This document shows, one piece after another, positions 9,821 through 21,900 of a DNA stretch of 64,000 nt. The stretch is taken from NCBI GenBank assembly GCA_963751345.1, contig CAVVUS010000022.1:162970-226969 (forward strand), given 5' to 3'. The position numbers were made by a program, and so were the translations under genes. Origin of the DNA: an uncultured Chloroflexia bacterium. Lineage in GTDB: Bacteria; Chloroflexota; Anaerolineae; B4-G1; SLSP01. Positions within the stretch are counted from its first letter, which is position 1, and the number at the start of each line of letters is the position of its first letter. The notes under the pieces were generated by a model that saw nothing but the letters and a program-made list of their open reading frames with translations, was not told where the DNA came from and did no database searches.

Positions 9821-11903
9821 ATGAAAGACCGCTACCCTCCCATCAATCCAAAAGCGCCGGTTCTTCTACACGGCGGGGACTACAACCCTGACCAATGGTC
9901 CCCGGATGTCTGGGAAGAGGATATGCGCCTGATGAAGCTGGCGCACTGCAACGCCATGACCGTCGGTATCTTCGCGTGGACCGCGCTGGAGCCGGCCGAG
10001 GGCGAGTACGACTTCGACTGGCTGGACCGCGTGATGGATATGCTGGCCGAAAACGACGCCTACGCCGTCCTGGCCACCCCCAGCGGCGCCCGGCCCGCGT
10101 GGTTGGCGCGTACCTACCCTGAGGTGCTTCGTGTACGGCCTGACGGCGGGCGCAACCTCTTCGGCCGGCGCCACAACCACTGCCTCACCTCGCCCGTCTA
10201 TCGCGAGAAGACCTATGCGATCAACGCCAGACTTGCCGAGCGCTACCGGAATCACCCGGCCCTGCTGATCTGGCACCTCTCGAACGAATACAGCGGCGCG
10301 TGCCACTGCGACATGTGCCGGGCCGCCTTCCGCCAGTGGCTCATCCGCAAATACGGGACCCTCGACGCTCTGAACCACGCCTGGTGGACCGCGTTCTGGA
10401 GCCACACGTTCACCGACTGGGGCCAGATTGATCCCCCGAGCGAGATCGGTGAGACCTCCGTCCACGGTCTGAACCTCGATTGGCGGCGCTTTATCACCGA
10501 CCAGACCACGGACTTCATGCTGAACGAGATCGCGGCGCTGCGCACGTACACCCCCGACACGCCGGTCACGACCAACTTCATGGGCACCTTTCCCGGCCTC
10601 AATTACTGGAAGATGGCGCCCTACCTCGACGTCATCTCGTGGGACAGCTACCCGTTGTGGCACAAGCCGGAGGAGGACGGCCGGGTCGACGACGTCGCCC
10701 TGGCTGCCGACGTGGCCTTTGTCCACGATATCAACCGCAGCCTCAAGGGCGGCAAGCCCTTTATGCTGATGGAGAGCGTGCCCAGCGCCACCAACTGGAT
10801 GCCCGCCGCCAAGGTCAAGCGGCCCGGCATGCACGCGCTCTCGTCGCTCCAGGCCGTCGCTCACGGCTCCGACACCGTGCAGTACTTCCAGTGGCGCAAG
10901 AGCCGCGGGTCGGCCGAGAAGTTCCACGGCGCCGTGGTGGACCACGTGGGCCACGAGAACACCCGCGTCTTCCGGGATGTGGCCGACCTCGGGGTGAAGC
11001 TGGAGAAGCTTCAGGGCGTCGTCGGGACCACCGTACGGCCCGATGTCGCGATCATCTATGACTGGGAAAACGCCTGGGCGATGAACGACGCCCAGGGGCC
11101 CCGCAGCGGGGACAAGGGCTACCTCGACGCCTGCAAGCACCACTACCGTGCCTTCTGGAATCGCGGTATTCCGGTGGACATCATCGACGCGGGCCAGGAC
11201 TTCTCACGCTACAAGTTGCTGGTCGCCCCGATGCTCTATATGCTCCGGCCGGGCGTCGGTGACCGTCTGGCCGCCTTCGTTGAGGCCGGCGGCACGCTGG
11301 TCACGACCTACTGGTCGGGCATCGTCGACGAGAACGACCTGGTCATCCTGGGCGGCTGGCCCGGCGGCAAGCTGCGGGAGGTGCTGGGCATCTGGGCGGA
11401 GGAGATCGACGCGCTCTATGCGGAGGACGTCAACCTCGTCAAACCTGCTCGCTGCCAATGGCCTGGGACTCACCGGTGTCTACGAGGCCCGCGACTACTG
11501 CGACCTGATCCACACCGAGGGCGCCGAGGTGCTGGCGACCTACGGTCAGGATTTCTACGCGGGCCGCCCGGCGCTCACGGTCAACCGTTATGGGAAGGGC
11601 AAAGCATACTACGTCACCTCGAACAACGACGACCGCTTCCTCGGCGACCTCTACAGCGCGTTGAGCGCGAACTGGACGTGCTCCACAGCCTGGAGGCTCG
11701 AGCTGCCCCATGGCGTCAGCGCCCAACTCCGCACCGACGGCGAGCAGCGCTACATCTTCGTGATGAACTTCAACGCCGAATCGACGTCTCTTGACCTGGG
11801 AGCCGCCACGTACACCGACCTGCTCACCGGCGACACGCTCTCCGGCGTGGTGGAACTGGCGACGTACGACGTGAAGGTGCTGACGGAAATGGGAAGCGAT
11901 TAG
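9821..11903 (+). CDS. Beta-galactosidase GH42, frameshift near 11440
   Basis: HGGDYNPDQW, WHLSNEY, MLMES, YFQWRKSRGSAEKFHGAV. C-terminal domain continues in ORF 11148-11903. Confidence 0.92.
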
Positions 11904-11906
11904 ACG

Positions 11907-12027
11907 ATCAGCTTTCAGCAATCAGAAGGAGTAGGAAGTAGGGAGTAGGGAGTAAGAGGAGTAAGCTTCGCTGTCGTGCCTACTCCCTACTTCTGTCTCC
12001 CTACTCCTTTCCCCGCTGAAAGCTGAT
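11907..12027. repeat. Palindromic element of heptamer tandem repeats (GGGAGTA / TACTCCC) with 13-bp perfect terminal inverted repeats
   Basis: ATCAGCTTTCAGC (11907-11919) pairs with GCTGAAAGCTGAT (12015-12027); the inner GGAGTAG repeats pair with CTACTCC repeats. Confidence 0.8.
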
Positions 12028-12047
12028 AGCTCCAGGAGGGAGAACCC

Positions 12048-12818
12048 ATGAACAAAGTCGCGCTTATCACCGGCGCGGGCCGCGGGATCGGCCTTGGGAT
12101 TGCGATGGCACTGGCCGCCGAGCGGTGTGATATCGCCGTGATGGACGTTCACCCCGACGAGGTCGTGATGCCCGCTCTCAGCGAGCTCCGAAGCGAAGGG
12201 GCGGACGTGCTCTACTGCCGGGCCGACGTGACCGACCCCGATGCCCGTGCCCGGACACTGGACGCCATCGGCGCACGGTTTGGCCACCTCAACGTCCTGG
12301 TCAACAACGCCGGCGTCGCACCCAGGGTGCGCGCCGACATCCTCCACGCTACCGAGGAGAGCTACGATCGGGTGATGGGGATCAACCTCAAGGGCCCCTA
12401 TTTTCTGACCCAGGCCGTGGCCAACTGGATGATCGCCCAGAGGGAGGGCGAAGCAGGCTTCCGGGGCTGCATCGTCAACGTCTCGTCCATCTCCGCCACC
12501 GTCGCCTCGCCGAGTCGCGGCGAGTACTGCCTCTCCAAAGCCGGGGTGAGCATGGCGACACAACTCTGGGCCGTGCGCCTGGCCGAGTTCGGCATCCCGG
12601 TCTACGAGATCCGCCCGGGCATTATCAAGACCGATATGACGGCGACGGTGCAGGCGAAGTACGACGCCCTGATCGCCGAGGGACTCACGCTGCAGCCGCG
12701 CTGGGGCTATCCTGAGGACATCGGAAGAGCCGTCGCTGCCCTCGTCCGCGGTGACTTCCCCTACTCCACCGGCCAGGTAATCATGGTGGACGGGGGGCAG
12801 ACGATACCGCGGCTCTAG
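12048..12818 (+). CDS. SDR family oxidoreductase (3-ketoacyl-ACP reductase-like)
   Basis: TGAGRGIG, NNAG, YCLSK; AGGAGG RBS. Confidence 0.9.
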   Translation: MNKVALITGAGRGIGLGIAMALAAERCDIAVMDVHPDEVVMPALSELRSEGADVLYCRADVTDPDARARTLDAIGARFGHLNVLVNNAGVAPRVRADILHATEESYDRVMGINLKGPYFLTQAVANWMIAQREGEAGFRGCIVNVSSISATVASPSRGEYCLSKAGVSMATQLWAVRLAEFGIPVYEIRPGIIKTDMTATVQAKYDALIAEGLTLQPRWGYPEDIGRAVAALVRGDFPYSTGQVIMVDGGQTIPRL

Positions 12819-12968
12819 TGTAAAGACAAGGAGACTCTCGGGAATGGACGTACTCGCACGCGCTGAGACCTTTGGGGTTTCTCACAAGCAGTGCTACTCC
12901 AAGGTCTTCGCCGACCGTGGTAGCTTCCGAAGACGTTGCCTGATCTTGCACTAGGCCCCTCAAGCGGA

Positions 12969-13043
12969 ACCTTCCGGGAAGCTTTGGTCGCAGACGAGGC
13001 AGTTCACTTCCCACCCTGTGCACCTATCAGCTTCCCGGAAGGT
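12969..13043. repeat. Perfect 15-bp inverted repeat (REP-like)
   Basis: ACCTTCCGGGAAGCT (12969-12983) / AGCTTCCCGGAAGGT (13029-13043). Confidence 0.7.
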
Positions 13044-13058
13044 AGAGGAGAAACCATC

Positions 13059-13665
13059 TTGAGTGACTCACACGCTCTACCGACATGGGCACCGCGGGTC
13101 GAGCCTGAGAAGATCCGGCGGCTCTACGAGCTCGACGCGCAGGGAATCTACGACGAAGAGCTCATCGCAGATGTCGGCTACGGCCTGTTGGCGCGCTGCG
13201 AGAGCTTCATCCAGGCCAACGCGGCGGTCCGTGGCCACGCGAGGTGCCCCGCTTGCGGCGCCGTCATCGAGCATCACACCGAGAAGGAAGAACTGCTTCG
13301 GTGCACCTGCGGCTGGTCCCTTTCGTGGGCCGATTACTTCGCCACCATCCAGCACAAGCAGCTCAGCGGCGCAGCGCCGGTCCTGGAGCTTTTTCAGGCC
13401 TTCGTCGATCGATTTCCCAGGGCACGGACTACGCAGCAGCGGATGGTGCTGATCGACACACTGCTCCACGGCTTCCACTGGTTCTTCAAGACGAACGAGC
13501 CGACGCGTCCGGTCGCCGTCAATCTGATCGACCTGCGCCTGTGGGACGTCATCGACTTCCTCGACACTCTTTCCTACGGCGAACGCAGCACCCCGGGCGC
13601 TGGGGAAACCAAGAGCCATCTGGGACCGCCGCATCGAGAACGCCCGCAACTGGCGAAAGGGTTGA
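13059..13665 (+). CDS. Hypothetical Zn-ribbon protein (CPACG...CTCG), probable frameshift near 13614
   Basis: GAGGAG RBS plus TTG at 13059. The shifted frame gives [16 protein letters not shown] ending at 13665; the ORF track artificially fuses it to the ADH. Confidence 0.7.
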
Positions 13666-13739
13666 CGCGTTGCTCTGTCGGGATTGGATGGTATCCTCTG
13701 GCTGACCAGAGACATCACATCCTATCCGGAGGAGCACCC

Positions 13740-14780
13740 ATGCGCGCTGCCGTCTACGAAGCCTTTCAGCAACCCTTGACCATCCAGAACGTGCCCGATC
13801 CCACGCCCGCCGCGGACGGCGTCGTCGTCCGTGTGGAGGCCACCGGCATCTGCCGCAGCGACTGGCACGGCTGGATGGGCCATGACTCGGATATCCACCT
13901 GCCCCACGTGCCGGGCCACGAGCTGGCGGGCGTCGTCGAAGCCGTCGGTCCCGAGGTACGCCGCTGGCACGCCGGCGACCGGGTCACCGTGCCCTTTGCC
14001 GTGGGCTGCGGCCATTGCCCCCAGTGCCTGTCGGGCAACCAGCACATCTGCGACAACTATTTCCAGCCCGGCTTCACCGCCTGGGGCTCCTTCGCGGAGT
14101 ACGTCGCCCTGCCCCACGCCGACGTCAACCTGGTCGAGCTCCCCGAGGGCCTTAGCTTCGTGGACGCGGCCAGCCTCGGCTGCCGCTTCATCACGTCGTT
14201 CCGCGCCGTCGTAGTCCAGGGGCGCACGGCCCCCGGCGAATGGGTCGTCGTCCACGGCTGTGGCGGCGTCGGGCTTTCGGCCGTGATGATCGCCCACGCG
14301 ATGGGCGCGCAAGTGATCGGCGTCGACATCAAGGATGATGCGCTGGCGCTGGCCTCCGCTCTGGGCGCAGCACACGTGATCAACACCCGCCGCGAGCCCA
14401 ATCTGATCCAGGCGATCTACGACCTCACCGGTGGCGGCGCCCACGTCGCGATCGATGCCCTGGGTAGCGCCGAGACCTGCCGCAACGCAGTGCTCTGCCT
14501 GCGCAAGCGCGGTCGTCAGGTCCAGGTCGGGCTGATGGTCGCCGACTACAAGGACGCGCTCATCCCGATGAACCTCGTCATCGCCAAGGAATTGGAGATC
14601 CTGGGGAGCCACGGGATGCAGGCCCACGCCTACCAGCCGATGCTGGATATGATCATGGCCGGTACGCTTCAGCCGCGGCGCCTGATCGGGGAGACGGTCA
14701 CACTGGAGGGGGGGCTCACAGCGCTGACGTCGATGAGCGACTTTGCCATCACAGGCGTAACCGTGATCGACCGGTTCTAG
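13740..14780 (+). CDS. Zn-dependent alcohol dehydrogenase (MDR family)
   Basis: GICRSD, GHE, CGHCPQC..C structural Zn site, GCGGVG; own GGAGGAG RBS. Confidence 0.93.
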   Translation: MRAAVYEAFQQPLTIQNVPDPTPAADGVVVRVEATGICRSDWHGWMGHDSDIHLPHVPGHELAGVVEAVGPEVRRWHAGDRVTVPFAVGCGHCPQCLSGNQHICDNYFQPGFTAWGSFAEYVALPHADVNLVELPEGLSFVDAASLGCRFITSFRAVVVQGRTAPGEWVVVHGCGGVGLSAVMIAHAMGAQVIGVDIKDDALALASALGAAHVINTRREPNLIQAIYDLTGGGAHVAIDALGSAETCRNAVLCLRKRGRQVQVGLMVADYKDALIPMNLVIAKELEILGSHGMQAHAYQPMLDMIMAGTLQPRRLIGETVTLEGGLTALTSMSDFAITGVTVIDRF

Positions 14781-14788
14781 CTCCCTCC

Positions 14789-15691
14789 ATGAAGCTAGCT
14801 GTCAACTACTCATCTGCCCTCGCCGATTTGGTAGATCGAGGGCAGGTCAAGGTCGACCTGTACAAGTGCCCGGCCTGGCCTGACCTGGTTGCGCGGCTCA
14901 CGCCGGGCGCTGAGGCTCACACCCCCTGCTACATCCACTTTCCTCTCCTGGTCGGGACCGGGGCAGGTGGCCCCATTAACACCGAGACTAATACCGCGCC
15001 GGACTGGGACCAGATCCAGGCGCTGTTGGCGCAGACCGATACGCCGTGGGTGAGTGCCCACATGGGCCCACGCCCGGAGGATCATCCCGACCTGGCACGG
15101 CTCAGTGTCGAGGATCAGACCGGCGCCGTCGAAGAGATCCTCATCCGTGACTTCGAGCCGCTGATCGCACGGTTCGGCCCCGACCACGTGGTTGGCGAGA
15201 ATATCTTCGAGTTCTACGGTGTGCACCTGCGCGCGGCGATGCTGCCCGAAGTCATCCACAGCGTGATCAAGACGGCTGGCTGCGGCTTCCTGCTCGATCT
15301 CTCGCACGCCCGGCTTGCCGCCGGCGAGCTGGACCTCGATCCGCGCGCCTACGTGGAGACGCTGCCGGTCAAGCAGCTCCGCGAGCTTCACATCACCGGC
15401 ATCCAACGACTCGACGCCTTCTGGGTCGAGCGCCTGCACGCCGCCGGCGTGGATGCCGCTACCATCGAGCAACTGGCGGGAAAACGCATCGATCACCTCC
15501 CGATGACTGACGAAGACTGGGACTTCCTCGACTGGGCATTGAGCAGGATCCGATCCGGCGCGTGGCGCGAGCCCGAGATCGTCGCCTTTGAGGTCGGTGG
15601 GGTCGGGCCGATGTTCGAAGCAATGACCGTGCCCGACGTCCCTGAGACGCAGGTACCGCGACTTTTCGCGATGGTGCACGCAGACGACTGA
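14789..15691 (+). CDS. DUF692 family / multinuclear non-heme iron oxidative enzyme (MNIO)-like
   Basis: YIHFP, SAHMG, GEN, CGFLLDLSHA, ELHITG, DHLP, FEVG match the DUF692 metal-ligand pattern. Confidence 0.75.
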   Translation: MKLAVNYSSALADLVDRGQVKVDLYKCPAWPDLVARLTPGAEAHTPCYIHFPLLVGTGAGGPINTETNTAPDWDQIQALLAQTDTPWVSAHMGPRPEDHPDLARLSVEDQTGAVEEILIRDFEPLIARFGPDHVVGENIFEFYGVHLRAAMLPEVIHSVIKTAGCGFLLDLSHARLAAGELDLDPRAYVETLPVKQLRELHITGIQRLDAFWVERLHAAGVDAATIEQLAGKRIDHLPMTDEDWDFLDWALSRIRSGAWREPEIVAFEVGGVGPMFEAMTVPDVPETQVPRLFAMVHADD

Positions 15692-15905
15692 TCTCCGCCA
15701 TAGCACGTCCCCCCAACGCAATCCGCCGCCTTGCACCGAACGATGTCCACGAGCTGGCAGAGACGAAAACTTGCCCGAATCGTCTGGAAGTGCACTATAT
15801 ATATCATATATTTGTCAGTATAATAGAAGATATCCATCCCTACCTGGGCCAATTGACAGGCTAACGCACTCTTTGCATCCTATACCGTGATACTGGAGGT
15901 GCCGT

Positions 15906-18900
15906 ATGTTGGCGGAAGCATTTCGGCGTTCGAGTACTGCAGCGGCGCGATTGATATTGGTCTTCTGGCTCATCGGTGGCGTGGCCCTTATCCCTGCCCC
16001 TTCTGCACTGTCACCTGCTTCACCAGATGGGGGCCCTGGCACAATAGCAGCGGCCCCAAGCTCGACAACGACGACTGCACCATCCCCTTCCGCCGCTCCT
16101 TCTCTGCCACCAGATGCAGCTCCCTCAACTGGCGGCGGTGAGCCTCGCACGACGTACGCGTCGGTCCTCCAAACAGGGACCAATGTGTACAGCGCGACCA
16201 TCTCGCCCGAGCCTCGCAACTACCTCGATCAGGACGGAAACTGGGCGCCCATCGATGCCACGTGGCGAGCCGCGCAGGACAGCTTTGTCGTCGATCACAA
16301 CCTTATCCGCAGCCGGGCAGGCAGCCAGCGCGCCTGGGTCTCGGTCGCGGTCGACGCGACCGCGCTCCTCTGGCAGGCTACCTCCCTCGGGGTGGTCGGC
16401 AGCGACGGCAACTTTGCCTCCCTGGCGACGGCCCTCGATGCGCCCCCCACCTCGGCCGAACAGAGCGTCTCGGGAGCCACACTACGGTATCCCGGCGGGT
16501 GGACTGATCCGGCGCTCAGCGAGGCTATTGTCAGCACGCCCGGCAGCGTTGAGCACGCACTGGTTCTCTCCGAACCGCCGCGCGCGGATGCCACCACGGG
16601 GTATCTCGAAATGCAGGCCAGCCTTAAGCTGGTTCCCGGTGCCATTCTCTACGCGGACGGGGAGCCGGTCACAGGCGCAGGGCAGGATGCTACGACCCTG
16701 GAGGTCCGCGACACGTCGGGTCAGCCGGGCCTGGTACTTGCACCCGTCGAGGCCTTCGAGGAGGGACAGCCAGACGTTGCGGTCTCCGGGAGCTATCATG
16801 TGCAGCCAACCGGTGACGCGACTACGTATCAGGTCAGCGTCCGGACGCCCCTGGCCTGGTGGCTGGATCCCCAAAGGGCGTATCCGGTGGTTCTGGATCC
16901 GGTCATCACCGTCAAGCGAACGACAGGTTATGGTGAAGGCATGGCCTGGGTGCGCAGCACAGGGAACAAGGCCTACGTCGTGGGCGAGATGCGGCTGGGC
17001 GCACATCTCCCCGACTACAACACCCAATCCCACGGGTACGTGCAGTTCAACAGCCTGCCCGCCCTGTTGAGCAACGCGCCGGTCCAGGTCACCGCCGCCT
17101 ATCTCGACGTCGAGCCGACGGACCTCTTCATCCCCAAGTACTCATACAGCGGCAATGGGTTCACGGATTGGGATAGCGTCGCCCTCAAGCGCAAGGCTAC
17201 ATTAGCTTACGCCGGAGCCTGTCCGAACGACCCGGGCTGCAACGGCTTCTCGATGCAGGACGACCGGCTGACGAATGCAGCCAACTACAACTGGGACAAC
17301 CAGCCGTCGGCCGCCGATATCGGCACGAAAACCTTGGTCGTCGGCCCAATCAAGGCCAGCGGCAACGCCAATCCCACAGTGACCACCTGGGATGTGACGG
17401 CCCAGCTTCAGAGCTGGTACGCATCCTGGTCCGACCAGCAGAACCCACGTCCGGGGCCTGTCTTCCAGCTGCGTATGGTCGATAACAGCGGCAACGAAGT
17501 CATCTGTCCTAAGCCAGGGCCCTATATCAGCGGCTTCGTCAACGGCAAACCACAGTTCGACTCCCAGCTGGTGCCTCAGTGCACCCACTTCTACATCCCG
17601 CCCGGCAAAGTCACGCTGCGTATCGAGTACACGCAGCTTCCGCTCGCCATCGGGCAGAACCTGCTCAACTATCCGGGCGTGCCCAGCTATGCGCCACTGA
17701 GTGGCTCGACCGACAACCTCTTCGAAACCCCGAACCACCAGTACGCTCTGGCCCAACCCACAGGCCCTGCGCACTGGCGGGCGGTCGCACTCCGCGGCAA
17801 CCACGCCTACACAGAGTCGCTGCCAACGATCGCGAACCTCAAACTGCTGGACTATACCAACGTCGTGAACCCCGACGACGAACCCATCCAGCTTCTCAAT
17901 CCCAAGGTTCAGGGCCCCGACAAGACCACATTTTTCCTGATCGATGACCATCTCGCCAGCAGCACGCTGGACACCTCAGACCTCCGCGCCGAGGTGGTGG
18001 CTTCGTCGGACAACGACTACACACAGGACCAGCAGCGCAACTATCGGATACAGTACGTCCAGTCAGAGCTGATGCAGGTCCTCACCTATGGCACGCCCAA
18101 TGCCGTGAACTTCTCCGGGTTCTCTGACACCCTTATTAAGCTAAGCGAGTTTCCTCTTACGAAGGGCGACAGCGTCGGGATCACGGCCACCGTCCCGGTC
18201 AGCCTCGAGATGATGCTGCTCACACCTGCAACCGAGCCGGGTAATGCCGGGGCGCTCATCAGCGCCGGCCACAGCAACGTAAACGTCTTCCCCGCAGCCC
18301 AGCCCGGCAGTGAGGTACACACTTTCTCCTTCTCGGCACCGGTTACCGGACAGTATGCCATCGTCCTGGTCAACAAGGAACGCCCGGTGCTGAACCCGAC
18401 CGGAATCTGCCCGAACCGTGGTCAGTACAGGCAAAGATCTTGCTCTGCCCCGACGGCAGCTACCCCACAGCCAAGTACGGATGCCAGCCCCTGATCCTCC
18501 CCGACGGCCTGACGCCGCGCCGAAGTCCGTGCCGGTCCCCGGCGGCGGGACCTTGAGCGTCTATAGTGAGGGTCATTTCACGCCCGGCACGAGGGATTGG
18601 TGCACGACCAACGAGGCTACCGGCACCCCGATCATCGGGCCTAGTGTTATCGGTCGATGGGTCGCCGTGGTCCAGGGATCGGTGTGCTATACCGGCGGCG
18701 TGCTCACGACGTCGCCCGACAGCGCCGTCGCGCTGGTCACGGCGACGCCCGCGCTTAACCCGGGAGACGGGCGACAGCATGCGCAGATCAGACCCATCCC
18801 GATCTACGGCGATTCGATGCTGCTGCCTACAGCCGGGCAACCCGACGGCGAGGTCACGCTGGTGACCGGCGGCATCCTGCAGCCGGAGACTGACACCATC

Positions 18901-21900
18901 CGCCGCATCATGCCCTTCGAGCAGTACTGGGGTAGCAACTATACCCACCTCACGGATAGCCTGTCGACTGCAGATATGCAGGCGCACGGCAGCGAGACGG
19001 TTGCGGCAACCGTGACCGTCGACGCCGCCGGCAGCAGCTAGCCCATCAACTGGTCGGTGGCTTGGTCGCTCTACCCCTACTTGTGCCCGTCCTGTCCCGT
19101 CGAGTGGACCTTCGTCGACGATCCGGCGGAGCCCTCGGCAGCCTTCCCGCTGGAGCTGGACCTTGCCAGCACGACGCTGCGCATGCTCAACAGTGACGTC
19201 CTCGACGGCAAGGTGCGCACTCTAGACAGCTATCAGAAGGTGAGTGGACCGGTCGCGTTCCAGTTCCACAACACCACCGCCCGGCTGACACTAGGGCCTT
19301 TGCTGGGTGGCACGACCAAGCCGGTGGAAGTCGTCATTCAGCCGCCGGAGTGGCCGCGCGCCGCCGAAGGCGCAGGCAGTTGTGAATCAGGCGGTAGCCC
19401 AAGTAGCTGTCTCGACCTCCGCAGTGATGACTACGCGTGGGCGCCACTTGGCGACGCAGAGCAGAACGTGCTGCCCTGGTCGCTCCCGGATATGCACATC
19501 GAGACGGCGCCCGCGACGGTCGTTTTCAGCAGAGCGGGCCAACTAAACATTTTCAGCACCGACCATCCCGCAAGCGCGGCCGACTTCGCCCAAACCTTTA
19601 GCTTTGATACCTGGGAGGCTGGGGTACGTGTGACCCAGGAGAAGTGCGTGGCAAGTGACCCGGCCGAGACCACCGTAATCCGCGGCAACGGATTCATTGG
19701 CCTGCCCACGTTAGGAGACGACGGCAGCGGTCCGGAGGGCACCTGGATCAAGGTCGCCTTCCGTCTCTGCGAGACGAGCCTTCAGGAAGCCCATATGGAG
19801 TTCGGCATCCCCAAGCCGGGCATCCCCGTCGGCAGCACGGGTGTGGGGGTGCATTTGCTGGACGGCACCGTTGTCATCGACCCCAACACCGGCGAGACGC
19901 GCATCACGCTGGGCGTCGGCTTCGAGACCCTCGACGGCTTCACGCTCACCGACGGCAAGGGCACCGTGACCTTGGACACAGCGGGCCTGCTCTCACTGCA
20001 GGCCACGGGCAAACTGGTGGGGGTGGTCAGCGCCGACGAGCTACGCCTCGATGTGGCCTGGAATCCGCTGGACGTGTTGTTCAAGGGCCAGGTTTCTTAC
20101 GGTGGCGGTCTGGTCACCGGCAATGTGGGCATGCACGGCTGGATCGGCCAGGGATGGCAAGCCAAGTATGCGTGGCTGCCGGCCAACGACGACTTCCACT
20201 TCACCGGCTCGATTGCGGCGACGGTGCGCATCAAGAGTGGGTCGGTCGTCGATGACTGGCCCTTCGTCCTGCCACCGTTTACGATCAGCCTGACGGCGGA
20301 GGTAGCTTTCGGCGAATTCTGTACCAGCAGCAACTGCACCAGCTATGATTGGGGGATGTCGGCGGTCGTCGAGGTGCTGGGCTACGACGTTGGCGTCTAT
20401 GTCGACAGCGGTGGACCGGACCTGATCCTCGGCCCCAACAGCCACAAACTGATCGATCAGGCCGGCGCAGCCGTCGCCGTGCTGCACGTGGCAGCCACGG
20501 ATGCGCTCCAGCCGGTCTTCTATCCGGGCACAAACCAGATCAACCTCACGCCACCGTCAGCAGCCCCTTCGATGGCGCGACGCCCGACCAGGCGGCGACC
20601 GCGTGCACGGGCACCGGCACGCCTACGGTGATATGCCCCTTCACCATCGGTCCGGGTGTCGGGCGGGCGCTTTTCCTCGTCAGTTGGGAAAACGGGGGCC
20701 TCGGCGTCTCGCTGATCAAGCCTGACAACACGGTCATCACGCCCGGAACGCCCTCCCACACGGTGTGGTCGTCACCACGACGGGTCCGGGCCTACAGCAG
20801 GTCATCGCCTACAGCGCCATCACCCCCACCCGGAGCAGCGCTCGACACCGGCCGTGGAAAGTCGGCTGGAGCACGTTGGGAAGGTGCTGCCGGGGATGTG
20901 AACAACTATAACCTGCTCTTCGCCGCGGATCCCCCGCCGCCACGCTGACGTGGGATCCCCCGGTCAATCTTTCTGCGACGATGAAGCGACTTCCGTGGAT
21001 GCCATGCGGGTGGGCAGACGCTTAACCCGGACCTCGAGGTTGAGCCTTCGCCATTCCCGTGGCCCAGAAGCCGGTCACGCCCACGCTCATGGCCGGCACG
21101 ACCATCGTGCAGAAGATCTCCGCCAACAGCGGTATGTATGACTGGGACCTCAGCGGGCTTGCCGCCGGCACCTATGCATATGGCGCCCGGATGACGATCA
21201 CGCCACGGGCAATCGCCACGTTGTGATCTGGTCGCCCTATACGGTGACCATCGTTGACACGACCCCGCCACCCGTTCCAGCGATGGCCGGCAGTGTGGCG
21301 GCATCGACACGCTGATCGTCTACTGGTTCCGCGACGACACAACGCCCGACCTGGCAGGCTATCTGGCGGAGTACACCTTCCCCGACTGGGACCTGAGCAC
21401 GCCGATCTCGGTAACCCGCCGGGTCCTGCCCGTCAAGAAGAGCGAGTCGCCGATCGTGCAGCGTGCACGCCTGGGGGGGCTCTCGCTTTCTGTCTCGCAG
21501 GTCATCAGCACGACCGCTGCGTGCGGGCGTATGACGCTTCCGGTAATGTGAGCGGCTGTACACCCACTGTCTACGTTATGCCCGAGTCGCCGTCGCCGCG
21601 GTTGGGACCGCCCGGACGCGTCGCGCTGGCCCACAGCGGCACGGGAATCACCGCCATCTCGGCGCCGCCCGCTGTCCGTGATCTTGGCGGATCGCTCCTC
21701 GACTACGGGCCGGTAGGATGTCTGCTCGACCGTCCGGAACGAACGGCGTCGGAGGGACCTTCGCCTCTCGTGCTTGGCCCCACGGCGACGACGACCACCC
21801 TCACGGGACTCACACCAGGGCAGGTCTACGAGGTGGGTGTCCGCGGCTTCCGGACGAACGGCGAGATTCGGCCGCGCATAACGGATACGTCATGGCGATC

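Noticed and set aside
12936-14780. Apparent 614-aa Zn-ribbon/ADH fusion
   Set aside because: The ADH has its own GGAGGAG RBS and ATG at 13740, and a one-base shift gives the upstream gene a natural stop at 13665. Likely an indel artefact.
19039-19041. In-frame TAG in the giant protein as pyrrolysine or readthrough
   Set aside because: It sits in an error-dense gene, no pyl genes are in the window, and the context is non-catalytic. A base error or nonsense mutation is simpler.
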